From the NCBI GenBank assembly GCA_000146045.2, contig BK006943.2:288001-352000 (forward strand): a stretch of DNA of 64,000 nucleotides. The letters run 5' to 3'. The notes under the pieces were generated by a model. It searched no databases, was not told the DNA's origin, and saw only the letters and a list, made by a program, of their open reading frames with translations. The stretch comes from TPA_inf: Saccharomyces. Taxonomy: Eukaryota. Below, piece by piece: positions 29,284 to 40,117 of the stretch. The position numbers were made by a program, and so were the translations under genes. The first letter of the stretch is position 1, and every line of letters begins with the position of its first letter.

Positions 29284-31776
29284 ATGAACTTGAAGCAGTT
29301 CACGTGCCTATCATGCGCTCAATTACTCGCTATTCTGCTCTTTATCTTTGCTTTTTTCCCTAGAAAAATCGTGCTGACAGGTATATCAAAGCAAGATCCG
29401 GATCAAGACCGTGATCTCCAGCGCGATAGGCCCTTCCAGAAATTGGTGTTTGTGATCATTGATGCTCTCAGATCAGACTTTCTTTTTGATTCGCAGATTT
29501 CCCACTTCAACAACGTGCACCAATGGCTCAATACGGGCGAAGCATGGGGTTACACGTCATTTGCTAATCCGCCTACCGTGACGCTGCCTAGACTCAAAAG
29601 TATTACTACGGGATCTACACCTAGCTTCATTGACTTGCTGCTGAATGTAGCCCAGGACATAGATTCCAACGATCTTTCGGAGCACGATTCCTGGCTGCAG
29701 CAGTTCATCCAACATAATAACACGATTCGTTTCATGGGCGATGACACCTGGCTGAAACTGTTCCCACAGCAATGGTTTGACTTCGCTGACCCGACACACT
29801 CGTTCTTTGTCAGTGATTTCACTCAAGTCGATAATAATGTGACGAGGAACTTGCCCGGGAAATTATTTCAGGAATGGGCCCAGTGGGACGTGGCTATCCT
29901 GCATTACTTGGGTCTTGACCATATCGGGCATAAAGATGGCCCGCATTCAAAGTTTATGGCTGCTAAACATCAAGAAATGGACAGCATTCTGAAGTCAATA
30001 TATGATGAAGTGTTGGAACATGAAGATGACGATGATACACTGATTTGTGTTCTTGGCGACCATGGAATGAACGAACTGGGCAACCATGGTGGCTCTTCAG
30101 CCGGCGAAACATCAGCAGGATTGTTGTTTTTGTCACCTAAGCTGGCGCAATTTGCTAGGCCAGAATCGCAAGTAAACTACACATTGCCCATCAACGCTAG
30201 TCCGGACTGGAATTTCCAGTATTTAGAGACTGTTCAACAAATTGATATCGTCCCCACCATAGCAGCACTGTTTGGTATGCCAATCCCCATGAACAGTGTT
30301 GGGATAATAATACCTGACTTTTTACAACTGTTGCCCAATAAGTTGGCAAGTATGAAAGAAAATTTTATGCATTTGTGGAAATTATCAGACCATCACGGCG
30401 AGGTTGCTCTTGACGATTTCACTGCCGAAGATATTTATACAAAGATGTACACTATTCAAGAAACGTTAACCAAGTCTGCAACAAATTATAATTATCCTCT
30501 TTTGACACTGGCTTTTGTTGGTTTCCTCATAATAACAATCATCGCCATTTATGTATTATTACGTTATTCTGGGCCTGATTTTTGGCAGTTGCGCGTTTCT
30601 TCCCTGTCTGTTCTGTTAGTTTCCATTATACTAGGCGTTTCCACATTTGCAAGTAGTTTCATTGAAGAGGAGCACCAACTGTGGTGGTGGATAGTAACTG
30701 CATTCTCGGCGGTCCCTCTGTTCGTATACCGATTGAATGTGCTCATAATCGTGCGCTGGTTTATAATGATGGCATGCGTACGCTCAATCAAGTTTTGGAA
30801 TAACAGTGGCCAGAAATTCATTTATTCTAACGTTATGTCCAATCTACTTAATCAGAATCCTTCCTGGAAGTGGTGCTTAAATATGTTGACATTTCTAGTG
30901 CTGATAATGGCATCTGCTGGTTTTCAAGTACTACATTTTATTGTCACTACTATTTTGGTGGGGTTGTGTTTCACGTACAAAATCTCGTGGGAAATCGTCA
31001 ATGGTAACCAGGCAGAAATACCGCTCTTTATGCATGATTTACTGGCTAAGATAGACTTTGCACCAACTGAAAGTAACTTGATTGTACTTGCGCGCGTTTT
31101 CTTCCAAGCTTGGGCTATTGTTGTCATTTCAAGGTTGGTCCTGACGAAATTGAAAGTACTTAACAAGAACTACCTCATTAAAGATATGAAAGTTTATATA
31201 ACAATTCTTTTGATGTTCCAAACTTCTTCTCAGAACATAGGTCAATTTCTCGTTTTCCAAATATTAGAGTCCCAAATTTTTTACTTTTTCCAAAATATTC
31301 CAACCGCCTCATTAACATCAACAAGTAAGATTTATTTTTCGAATTTGGTGTCCTTAATTTTACAAAATTTTACATTTTTCCAATTCGGTGGCACAAATTC
31401 CATTTCTACTATAGACCTTGGAAACGCATACCATGGTGTTTCCTCAGACTACAACATCTACGTAGTGGGGATATTAATGTCCGTTGCCAATTTCGCGCCG
31501 GCAATATACTGGTCCATGCTACCGTGGTCAATAAACTACGCCTCTATTCCAGCACAAGTTAAGTTGCAAACGTTCATCAGAAGTAAGTTACCTGCCTTCA
31601 CCTATCATTGTATATTTGGAACTTGTTTGATGACGGCATGCGTCGTTTTGAGATTTCATCTCTTTATTTGGTCCGTTTTCAGTCCAAAATTATGTTATTT
31701 TCTTGGGTGGAATTTTGTGATGGGATTGCTGAATGGCTGGTTACCTGAATTGGCCCTCCTTTGCGCTCTTGATTAA
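29284..31776 (+). CDS. LAS21: Las21/Gpi7, GPI ethanolamine-phosphate transferase (830 aa). N-terminal alkaline-phosphatase-like lumenal domain and C-terminal multi-TM domain.
   Basis: An 830-aa ORF. The N-terminal TM is followed by a phosphatase-superfamily domain (VFVIIDALRSDF...HYLGLDHIGH...GDHGM), then about 12 hydrophobic segments. Confidence 0.85.
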   Translation: MNLKQFTCLSCAQLLAILLFIFAFFPRKIVLTGISKQDPDQDRDLQRDRPFQKLVFVIIDALRSDFLFDSQISHFNNVHQWLNTGEAWGYTSFANPPTVTLPRLKSITTGSTPSFIDLLLNVAQDIDSNDLSEHDSWLQQFIQHNNTIRFMGDDTWLKLFPQQWFDFADPTHSFFVSDFTQVDNNVTRNLPGKLFQEWAQWDVAILHYLGLDHIGHKDGPHSKFMAAKHQEMDSILKSIYDEVLEHEDDDDTLICVLGDHGMNELGNHGGSSAGETSAGLLFLSPKLAQFARPESQVNYTLPINASPDWNFQYLETVQQIDIVPTIAALFGMPIPMNSVGIIIPDFLQLLPNKLASMKENFMHLWKLSDHHGEVALDDFTAEDIYTKMYTIQETLTKSATNYNYPLLTLAFVGFLIITIIAIYVLLRYSGPDFWQLRVSSLSVLLVSIILGVSTFASSFIEEEHQLWWWIVTAFSAVPLFVYRLNVLIIVRWFIMMACVRSIKFWNNSGQKFIYSNVMSNLLNQNPSWKWCLNMLTFLVLIMASAGFQVLHFIVTTILVGLCFTYKISWEIVNGNQAEIPLFMHDLLAKIDFAPTESNLIVLARVFFQAWAIVVISRLVLTKLKVLNKNYLIKDMKVYITILLMFQTSSQNIGQFLVFQILESQIFYFFQNIPTASLTSTSKIYFSNLVSLILQNFTFFQFGGTNSISTIDLGNAYHGVSSDYNIYVVGILMSVANFAPAIYWSMLPWSINYASIPAQVKLQTFIRSKLPAFTYHCIFGTCLMTACVVLRFHLFIWSVFSPKLCYFLGWNFVMGLLNGWLPELALLCALD

Positions 31777-32015
31777 CATAGAATTGTTCACGTGGTCTAA
31801 ATATGTATACATATATGATAGTTTATAGATTCATACTGAGACAAGTGAAAAAAAAAAAATCTACTATCGACCTTCTCTCTTTTCGCGGCAGCAAAAATGA
31901 AAAATTAACTTCAATAAAAAAGTTGAATACTTTCAAATATTCTAATTGCATTTAATATTTAAGCAACAAAAGGACAGCGATAATTGAGTGGTGGCTTAAT
32001 TCTATACTCCAAAGT

Positions 32016-34157
32016 ATGTCCCAATCTAGTAGGTTAAGTGCACTTCCTATTTTCCAAGCATCGCTTTCGGCAAGCCAATCTCCACGTTACATTTTTAGTT
32101 CTCAGAATGGCACAAGGATTGTTTTCATTCAAGATAACATAATAAGGTGGTACAATGTACTCACTGATTCACTTTACCACAGTTTGAACTTTAGTCGTCA
32201 TCTCGTCTTGGATGATACCTTCCATGTAATATCTAGTACGTCTGGTGACCTACTCTGTCTTTTCAATGACAACGAGATTTTTGTAATGGAAGTTCCTTGG
32301 GGCTATTCCAACGTTGAAGACGTTTCCATTCAAGATGCATTCCAAATTTTCCACTATTCAATTGATGAAGAAGAAGTTGGTCCGAAATCGTCCATTAAGA
32401 AAGTTTTGTTTCATCCAAAGAGTTATCGTGATTCTTGTATAGTGGTTTTGAAAGAGGATGACACTATCACGATGTTTGACATCCTTAATTCGCAAGAAAA
32501 GCCTATCGTTTTGAACAAACCGAACAACTCCTTTGGTTTAGATGCACGTGTTAACGACATCACAGATTTAGAATTCAGTAAGGACGGATTGACGTTATAT
32601 TGTCTAAACACCACAGAAGGCGGTGATATCTTTGCATTTTATCCATTTTTACCGTCAGTATTACTGTTAAATGAGAAAGATCTCAACTTGATCCTAAACA
32701 AATCTTTAGTAATGTACGAGTCCCTGGATTCTACAACAGATGTTATAGTTAAAAGGAATGTTATTAAGCAGTTACAGTTTGTGTCAAAACTGCATGAAAA
32801 TTGGAATTCAAGATTTGGCAAAGTCGACATACAAAAGGAATATCGTTTAGCCAAGGTTCAAGGACCATTCACGATAAACCCCTTTCCCGGCGAGCTGTAT
32901 GACTATACTGCTACAAATATTGCAACCATACTAATTGATAATGGGCAAAATGAAATTGTTTGTGTCAGTTTTGATGATGGGTCTTTAATCTTACTCTTCA
33001 AAGATTTGGAAATGTCAATGTCGTGGGATGTTGACAATTACGTGTATAATAATTCTTTGGTTCTAATTGAACGAGTCAAACTACAAAGAGAAATTAAGTC
33101 TCTAATAACGTTACCTGAACAGTTGGGAAAACTTTATGTCATTTCCGATAATATTATACAACAAGTAAATTTTATGAGCTGGGCTTCTACATTGAGTAAA
33201 TGTATCAACGAATCGGATTTGAATCCACTTGCAGGATTGAAATTTGAAAGTAAACTTGAGGATATTGCCACCATAGAAAGAATTCCAAACCTAGCGTATA
33301 TCAACTGGAATGACCAATCTAATTTAGCCTTGATGTCGAATAAAACATTGACTTTTCAAAATATTTCAAGCGATATGAAACCGCAAAGCACCGCAGCTGA
33401 AACAAGTATCAGTACAGAAAAAAGTGACACGGTAGGAGATGGTTTTAAAATGAGTTTCACACAGCCCATAAATGAGATTCTTATTTTGAACGATAATTTT
33501 CAAAAAGCCTGTATTAGTCCATGTGAACGAATTATCCCATCAGCAGACCGCCAGATACCTTTAAAAAACGAAGCTAGTGAAAATCAGTTGGAAATTTTCA
33601 CGGATATTTCCAAAGAATTTTTGCAAAGAATTGTTAAAGCTCAAACTTTGGGTGTTTCTATCCACAATAGAATTCATGAGCAACAGTTCGAATTGACGCG
33701 CCAACTACAATCGACATGCAAAATAATTTCAAAGGATGATGATTTAAGGAGAAAATTCGAAGCACAAAATAAGAAATGGGATGCACAACTAAGCAGACAG
33801 TCAGAATTAATGGAGAGATTTAGTAAATTGAGCAAGAAGCTATCTCAAATCGCCGAATCCAATAAATTTAAAGAAAAGAAAATAAGCCATGGTGAGATGA
33901 AATGGTTCAAAGAGATACGAAACCAAATATTGCAATTCAACAGCTTTGTTCACTCTCAAAAATCCCTTCAACAAGATTTATCGTACTTGAAGAGTGAACT
34001 AACTCGTATCGAGGCAGAAACTATCAAAGTCGATAAAAAGAGCCAAAACGAATGGGATGAGCTACGCAAAATGCTTGAAATAGATTCAAAGATAATTAAA
34101 GAATGCAATGAAGAATTGTTACAAGTTTCTCAGGAATTTACTACTAAAACTCAATGA
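32016..34157 (+). CDS. NUP82: Nup82, nucleoporin (713 aa). N-terminal beta-propeller and C-terminal coiled coil.
   Basis: A 713-aa ORF whose C-terminal third is heptad-rich (LRRKFEAQNKKWDAQLSRQSELMERFSKLSKKLSQIAES...). Length and position fit. Confidence 0.85.
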   Translation: MSQSSRLSALPIFQASLSASQSPRYIFSSQNGTRIVFIQDNIIRWYNVLTDSLYHSLNFSRHLVLDDTFHVISSTSGDLLCLFNDNEIFVMEVPWGYSNVEDVSIQDAFQIFHYSIDEEEVGPKSSIKKVLFHPKSYRDSCIVVLKEDDTITMFDILNSQEKPIVLNKPNNSFGLDARVNDITDLEFSKDGLTLYCLNTTEGGDIFAFYPFLPSVLLLNEKDLNLILNKSLVMYESLDSTTDVIVKRNVIKQLQFVSKLHENWNSRFGKVDIQKEYRLAKVQGPFTINPFPGELYDYTATNIATILIDNGQNEIVCVSFDDGSLILLFKDLEMSMSWDVDNYVYNNSLVLIERVKLQREIKSLITLPEQLGKLYVISDNIIQQVNFMSWASTLSKCINESDLNPLAGLKFESKLEDIATIERIPNLAYINWNDQSNLALMSNKTLTFQNISSDMKPQSTAAETSISTEKSDTVGDGFKMSFTQPINEILILNDNFQKACISPCERIIPSADRQIPLKNEASENQLEIFTDISKEFLQRIVKAQTLGVSIHNRIHEQQFELTRQLQSTCKIISKDDDLRRKFEAQNKKWDAQLSRQSELMERFSKLSKKLSQIAESNKFKEKKISHGEMKWFKEIRNQILQFNSFVHSQKSLQQDLSYLKSELTRIEAETIKVDKKSQNEWDELRKMLEIDSKIIKECNEELLQVSQEFTTKTQ

Positions 34158-35385
34158 GTAAGCGACTTGCATAGTCTGCTATCATATATGTACGCTAAGA
34201 AACAACTGGGCAATGGTATAATATCATGTAGCAAGAGGACATTATATATGAATTGGTCAATATATAAAGCCTTCTGTGCACCAAATCGTTAGGATGATTT
34301 TTCAGTATGCTGTATCATTGTATCGTATATTCATTCGTATCTCTTTTACCTCACTAACCGCTGCCAAAATTTACATGTATACAAAATAAAAGTCTTTTTT
34401 ATGACCTTATTTGGTGAGTAATGCTACTTTTGTAAAGAGTGATGGAAACTATTATTCCAAAGGGTTAGAAGAAGGTGAGGAATACGTTCATATCACCGCT
34501 ACAGATCGTGTCTCTCGGTTATGAGTAATCAAACCCTCTGCAAGCAACACAGTTACTTTTTTTCGGTTTTTTCTTTTCGTGTGAATTTTTATCCAGTGAG
34601 TTTCCTTGTTCACTTTCGAGAATGGAAGGCTGATTTCGAATTTTTATATTCAACAACTGTATTTGTATTAGGCTTTGCAATAGTAGATGAAAAGTGCAGA
34701 AGACGAATCTGCTACCCTCACAATACAAAGAAAAACAAAATCGTCATTTTAATATAGGAAGACACCGCTCAGGTAATTCAATATTGAATCTGGTTGCACT
34801 TTTCTTACGATGTAAATACCCACAAACTTCTTGTACGGTGAGCGTCTGACAACGAAATCAATTTACGGAGCAAGGATTTTGACAGTAGAGCAGATTGTTT
34901 TGAGTAGGATTTAGGAATCAAGACCTCCATCTTTGTCGCATTATTCCTAAATGTAACGTAACTCGTTTGATAAGAGAATGTCTAATCGAAGAGAGTTAAT
35001 AACTTAATAAGCTCTTTAAAAGAACGATGGCATTTATCGTCTCCTATGCCAAGATAATTACTGGCTCAAAATTGTTCAGCGTTCATAAAACTTTGATATC
35101 ACTTTCTGGCGCACAAGCTAACCTTTATGTAGTTCTTACGTAGATTCTTTTTAGCAAGTGCCTGGTAGTGGTTATTACATAAATGTATCTTTTCATTTGA
35201 TAACAATTTCTTCAGTAGCATGTCGTGTCTAGCACGTGACGTAGAACTGTGGCTTTTTTGTTGTCATTATGACAATCAAGATACCAAAATTCAGTCATGT
35301 TTAAAAGGGGAAGGTACGATAGAGATATATATAAAGTGTTCAATTTACTATAATTGCGTATAGAATCCATTGTTACTTGCTCTCA

Positions 35386-36720
35386 ATGAAACAACGATTC
35401 ATTCGTCAATTTACGAACCTAATGTCTACTTCGAGACCGAAAGTTGTTGCCAACAAATATTTCACTTCTAACACTGCCAAAGATGTTTGGTCGCTAACCA
35501 ATGAAGCCGCTGCAAAAGCTGCCAATAACTCCAAAAACCAAGGCCGTGAACTTATTAATTTAGGCCAAGGCTTTTTTTCATATTCCCCTCCTCAATTCGC
35601 CATTAAGGAGGCTCAGAAAGCCCTAGACATTCCAATGGTCAATCAATATTCTCCAACTAGAGGTCGACCTTCATTAATTAATTCCTTGATTAAGTTGTAT
35701 TCTCCTATTTATAACACAGAATTGAAAGCGGAAAATGTTACCGTAACAACAGGTGCCAATGAAGGTATACTTTCTTGCTTGATGGGGCTTTTGAACGCTG
35801 GCGACGAGGTTATTGTTTTTGAACCTTTCTTTGACCAATATATTCCAAATATCGAACTTTGCGGTGGTAAAGTTGTTTACGTCCCCATAAATCCTCCAAA
35901 GGAATTGGATCAAAGGAATACTAGAGGTGAAGAATGGACCATTGACTTTGAGCAGTTCGAAAAAGCGATTACATCCAAGACAAAAGCTGTCATTATCAAT
36001 ACCCCTCACAACCCAATTGGTAAAGTTTTCACGCGCGAGGAATTAACCACTTTAGGTAACATTTGCGTCAAGCACAACGTTGTGATTATATCTGATGAAG
36101 TCTATGAACACCTTTACTTCACTGATTCTTTCACTAGAATTGCCACACTCTCTCCAGAAATTGGGCAACTAACCTTAACGGTCGGTTCTGCCGGTAAATC
36201 GTTTGCTGCTACTGGTTGGAGAATTGGTTGGGTCTTATCCTTGAACGCAGAGTTGTTAAGTTATGCAGCTAAGGCACATACAAGAATTTGTTTTGCATCT
36301 CCATCCCCTCTACAGGAAGCTTGTGCAAACTCTATTAACGACGCTTTAAAAATTGGGTATTTTGAAAAAATGAGACAGGAATATATCAACAAATTCAAAA
36401 TTTTCACATCGATCTTTGATGAATTGGGACTACCATATACAGCTCCAGAGGGTACATATTTTGTCCTCGTTGATTTCTCTAAAGTGAAAATTCCCGAGGA
36501 CTATCCCTACCCAGAGGAGATCCTGAATAAGGGAAAAGATTTTCGCATTTCTCACTGGTTGATCAATGAATTAGGTGTGGTTGCCATTCCACCAACTGAA
36601 TTCTATATCAAAGAGCACGAAAAGGCTGCTGAGAATTTGTTAAGGTTTGCAGTTTGTAAAGATGATGCTTATCTAGAAAATGCCGTAGAGAGATTAAAAC
36701 TACTCAAGGACTACTTATAA
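35386..36720 (+). CDS. BNA3: Bna3, kynurenine aminotransferase, PLP-dependent class I aminotransferase (444 aa).
   Basis: The track ORF is 447 aa. The Met at codon 4 gives 444 aa. It has the class I aminotransferase fold with the PLP lysine context SAGKSFAATGWRIGW, plus NPxG (TPHNPIGKVF). Confidence 0.85.
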   Translation: MKQRFIRQFTNLMSTSRPKVVANKYFTSNTAKDVWSLTNEAAAKAANNSKNQGRELINLGQGFFSYSPPQFAIKEAQKALDIPMVNQYSPTRGRPSLINSLIKLYSPIYNTELKAENVTVTTGANEGILSCLMGLLNAGDEVIVFEPFFDQYIPNIELCGGKVVYVPINPPKELDQRNTRGEEWTIDFEQFEKAITSKTKAVIINTPHNPIGKVFTREELTTLGNICVKHNVVIISDEVYEHLYFTDSFTRIATLSPEIGQLTLTVGSAGKSFAATGWRIGWVLSLNAELLSYAAKAHTRICFASPSPLQEACANSINDALKIGYFEKMRQEYINKFKIFTSIFDELGLPYTAPEGTYFVLVDFSKVKIPEDYPYPEEILNKGKDFRISHWLINELGVVAIPPTEFYIKEHEKAAENLLRFAVCKDDAYLENAVERLKLLKDYL

Positions 36721-36963
36721 GATAAATTTTTTTTTATACTCCTTTTTCTCAATATATAGATTTTATAAAGCATGTATATTTTTATGCAGAAGTGGTAAAT
36801 ATAAACATCAATATTCCAGAATAATTCCATATTTTCTTCGCGTACTACAAGAAAAAGTGAACCCTTAATGAAAAATAGACAATATGAACATTTAGTAATG
36901 TTTTGAACAGTGTATTTATAGAGTACTTAAACACATATGAAGATATAGCGCAAGTAAATATAA

Positions 36964-38190
36964 ATGAGTGACAAATCTCATCAGATATATTGCTACTTTT
37001 GGCTCTTTGGTTTGATCAATAATGTACTTTATGTGGTAATACTTTCAGCAGCTGTTGATATCGTGGGTCCTACCTTGCCTAAATCTCTAGTATTGCTAGC
37101 AGATATATTCCCATCACTCGCCATTAAATTGTGTTCCCCATTCTTTATTGATAGAATCAAGTACAGCTATAGAATATGGTCTTTGATCACGATGAGTTGC
37201 TTAGGAATGTTCTTAGTTTCTTTTAAAAACTTGTTTGTTTGTCTTTTAGGAATATCTTTCGCATCTATATCTTCCGGATTTGGAGAAGTGACATTCCTAC
37301 AGCTAACACACTATTACAAACAAATTTCTTTGAATGGATGGTCGTCAGGTACTGGTGGTGCAGGAATCATTGGCGGAGCATCTTATATGTTCTTAACTTC
37401 AATCTTTAAAGTTCCAGTGAAGCTAACTTTACTAGTATTTAGTCTCCTTCCATTTGCATTTTTGTTTTATTTTAAATTAGAATCCAATGATACCAACCTG
37501 ACTTACCAAAGTCTTCAACAAATTGACGAAGCAGAGGATGACCAGTTGGTGCCCTTTCCTGTCGCCTTTACACATACCAACGCTTCGCAATCCCTGTATT
37601 CTACAAGACAGCACATTTTGCAAACGGTCAAGAGACTTCGAAGATTGGTTTTTCCATACATGGTTCCATTGACCACCGTCTACTTATTCGAATATTTAAT
37701 AAACCAAGCGGTAGCTCCGACCCTATTATTTCCGATTAATGGTGATGAAAGAAGTAAATCGATGCCATTTTTCTTCCATAAATACAGAGATATATACGTA
37801 ACCTATGGAACGCTCTACCAATTAGGTGTCTTTATATCAAGATCCTTTGGACATCTTATGAGAATGAGGAGTTTATACATCTTAGCGTTTTTACAAGGTG
37901 TGAATTTGTGCATAACGGTACTGCAATCATGGTTTTATGTCACACATTCGCCCTGGGCGGTGATGATATTAATATTCTATGAGGGTTTTCTTGGTGGTGC
38001 GTCATATGTTAACACATTCTTAAATATTCTCGAACAAGAGGATCCTGATGAAACAGAGTTCGCCATGGGTGCTGTGTCCATCGCTGATTCCTTTGGCGTT
38101 TTTTTGGCTGCGTTACTTGGTTTGGGGCTAGAACCCAAACTTTGTAGGCATCAAATTGCCGATGACAGACCTTGGTGTAGGATGGAATAA
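36964..38190 (+). CDS. YHC3: Yhc3/Btn1, vacuolar membrane protein, battenin (CLN3) homolog (408 aa).
   Basis: A 408-aa polytopic membrane ORF (MSDKSHQIYCYFWLFGLINNVLYVVILSAAVDIVGP...) with the CLN3-family N-terminus. Confidence 0.85.
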   Translation: MSDKSHQIYCYFWLFGLINNVLYVVILSAAVDIVGPTLPKSLVLLADIFPSLAIKLCSPFFIDRIKYSYRIWSLITMSCLGMFLVSFKNLFVCLLGISFASISSGFGEVTFLQLTHYYKQISLNGWSSGTGGAGIIGGASYMFLTSIFKVPVKLTLLVFSLLPFAFLFYFKLESNDTNLTYQSLQQIDEAEDDQLVPFPVAFTHTNASQSLYSTRQHILQTVKRLRRLVFPYMVPLTTVYLFEYLINQAVAPTLLFPINGDERSKSMPFFFHKYRDIYVTYGTLYQLGVFISRSFGHLMRMRSLYILAFLQGVNLCITVLQSWFYVTHSPWAVMILIFYEGFLGGASYVNTFLNILEQEDPDETEFAMGAVSIADSFGVFLAALLGLGLEPKLCRHQIADDRPWCRME

Positions 38191-38241
38191 AGTTTTGTTG
38201 TGATATTAAATAGGAGATTGAAATAAAGTGTTAGATGCTTT

Positions 38242-39873
38242 CTATATACTCATTCTAATGCCTGCTAATAACTCTTCGATAATTCGTTGATTTCTATCAT
38301 TACTTTGAATGGTACTCAATATGCCAAAACACTGCAGTAATGTCAATTTATCTGTTTCTGTGACATTACTTTCTTCTTCTTGATTGAAAATGTAAAGTTG
38401 AAAACTTTTGCTGATACCATCGTTACTATTTACGAAGTTTTCATAACAAGGTAAGACTATTGAATCTCTAAAGCACATAAGCAAAAGAAACCCAATAGAA
38501 TAATTACCATTAATGTGAGTCCGACTTTCATTGCCTGACTTTAAAACCGTAGAATTACCATCTTCTCTGATACTCTGATCCAACGGTAATAACACAGCGG
38601 CTAAATCATAATATACCTCTTGATAAAATATCCGCCATATAACGCCTAATCTTTTCAATGCGTTATTTATTGTGTCTTCATTAGAATAGTTAAAAACAAT
38701 TTGGTTTTCTAAATTGTATAGGGAACTAACCAAAAATTCTTTCAAATCGCTGATAATTCTATTCATGCCGCTATGTGTGACTCTTGGATCTGTTTTTAAA
38801 ATGCAATAGAATTCTAAAACTTCGTTAAAATTTTCTATTTTGGCCCTGAGTTTCCATATTCTTTGAGTTCTGAATAATTCTGCTACGTTACTACAAAATA
38901 TATTCCAAATATTATTTGTTAGGGTTGTCAGTTCTTGGGAGTTGAAGTGTTTATAGTTAGCTTCCAGAGATGGTAAATTTCTTAAAAGGTCGTGTAACAT
39001 TGAGACCGGATTCGGTGAGGCAGGATCAGTTCCAGAAAGCGGATCCTCAACGATTGTGTTGGGATTGACACCAGATGGATTAACATTCAATGAGTACACA
39101 GAAGTTCCTGAGTCCACAAGTTGCCCCGCATTAGTATGAATAAATTGTGACGGAGATTTATGTCTTCCGTAAGAGGAATGCAGAAATTTACTCAAGGAAT
39201 TTGGAATTGCAGGCTCGATAGCATCTTGACCAATGTGCCTGTGGCTTTTATTTTGGAAAAAGTTCTTAATCACGTTTCGAAATGAATGTGAACTATTATG
39301 TAAGGTGCTTGAATCTGTCAAAAAGGAGGCAGGATCCGATGAAATGGTCGTATGTGCTCTGTTTCTCCTATTAAAAAAGCCAGAAGCCTTTCCTTTCATA
39401 TACCTGCCGGAGGGCGTGGAGTGTAAACTTTTCTGAGTAATGGATATTGCATCAGAAGATAACTTTTTAGATAGATTGTTCGAGCACTCCACCGTGTCAA
39501 CGCTATGAGATTCCCCTATCTGAGAAGAACCAGATTTAGATGTTGCAGCTGAGGCATTGTCATTGCTCCTCAAGGAATGATTTGAGGCCACACTGACCTT
39601 CGATCGAGGATGATCTACTGTATGGAATATGGATTGGAAGCCAACGTTAGAAACACTAGGGCTAATGGGGTTCCTCGAGCCCTTCAAATTCTTGATGGAA
39701 TAAACGTCATCATTTGATGTGTCTACAAGAGTTTGCCGGCTAATCTCGCTTGTAGTCTGAAAATTTTTTACTGGGGCTGTGGCTAATTGCACATTAAGGT
39801 ATTGTTCGCTATTGACAGGGCGTTGTGTCGTAGTAGATGTTCTTTCTCGAAGGAGTATATCTTCTGCTGTCAT
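38242..39873 (-). CDS. BIT61: Bit61, TORC2 subunit (543 aa).
   Basis: A 543-aa ORF with a Ser-rich N-terminal half and a helical C-terminal half. Position and length match. Confidence 0.75.
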   Translation of the reverse strand: MTAEDILLRERTSTTTQRPVNSEQYLNVQLATAPVKNFQTTSEISRQTLVDTSNDDVYSIKNLKGSRNPISPSVSNVGFQSIFHTVDHPRSKVSVASNHSLRSNDNASAATSKSGSSQIGESHSVDTVECSNNLSKKLSSDAISITQKSLHSTPSGRYMKGKASGFFNRRNRAHTTISSDPASFLTDSSTLHNSSHSFRNVIKNFFQNKSHRHIGQDAIEPAIPNSLSKFLHSSYGRHKSPSQFIHTNAGQLVDSGTSVYSLNVNPSGVNPNTIVEDPLSGTDPASPNPVSMLHDLLRNLPSLEANYKHFNSQELTTLTNNIWNIFCSNVAELFRTQRIWKLRAKIENFNEVLEFYCILKTDPRVTHSGMNRIISDLKEFLVSSLYNLENQIVFNYSNEDTINNALKRLGVIWRIFYQEVYYDLAAVLLPLDQSIREDGNSTVLKSGNESRTHINGNYSIGFLLLMCFRDSIVLPCYENFVNSNDGISKSFQLYIFNQEEESNVTETDKLTLLQCFGILSTIQSNDRNQRIIEELLAGIRMSI

Positions 39874-40117
39874 AATGAAAGAACTTTATTTCTACAGAGG
39901 TCAATTGGCGTTTCTGTCACCTAGATCTTTTCATTTGGTTATTCCCTCTATAAATTTACTCATCGGTCAATTTTTCTAACATTATGCACCTTTGTCACCG
40001 GCCCTTAGAAGAGGTGAAGATGATTCGTGAACATTGGTGATAAGCGAGAATATTTTCTATAAATTTGTAAAGTAAAAATAAATTACGTGCTATTTAGTTT
40101 GCAATGTGTACTTATTG

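Noticed and set aside
34519-34757. Overlapping 69-aa (-) and 78-aa (+) ORFs in the NUP82-BNA3 intergenic region.
   Set aside because: Mutually overlapping, low-complexity, with no motifs. The region is kept as a possible ncRNA/promoter region in the findings rather than as a CDS.
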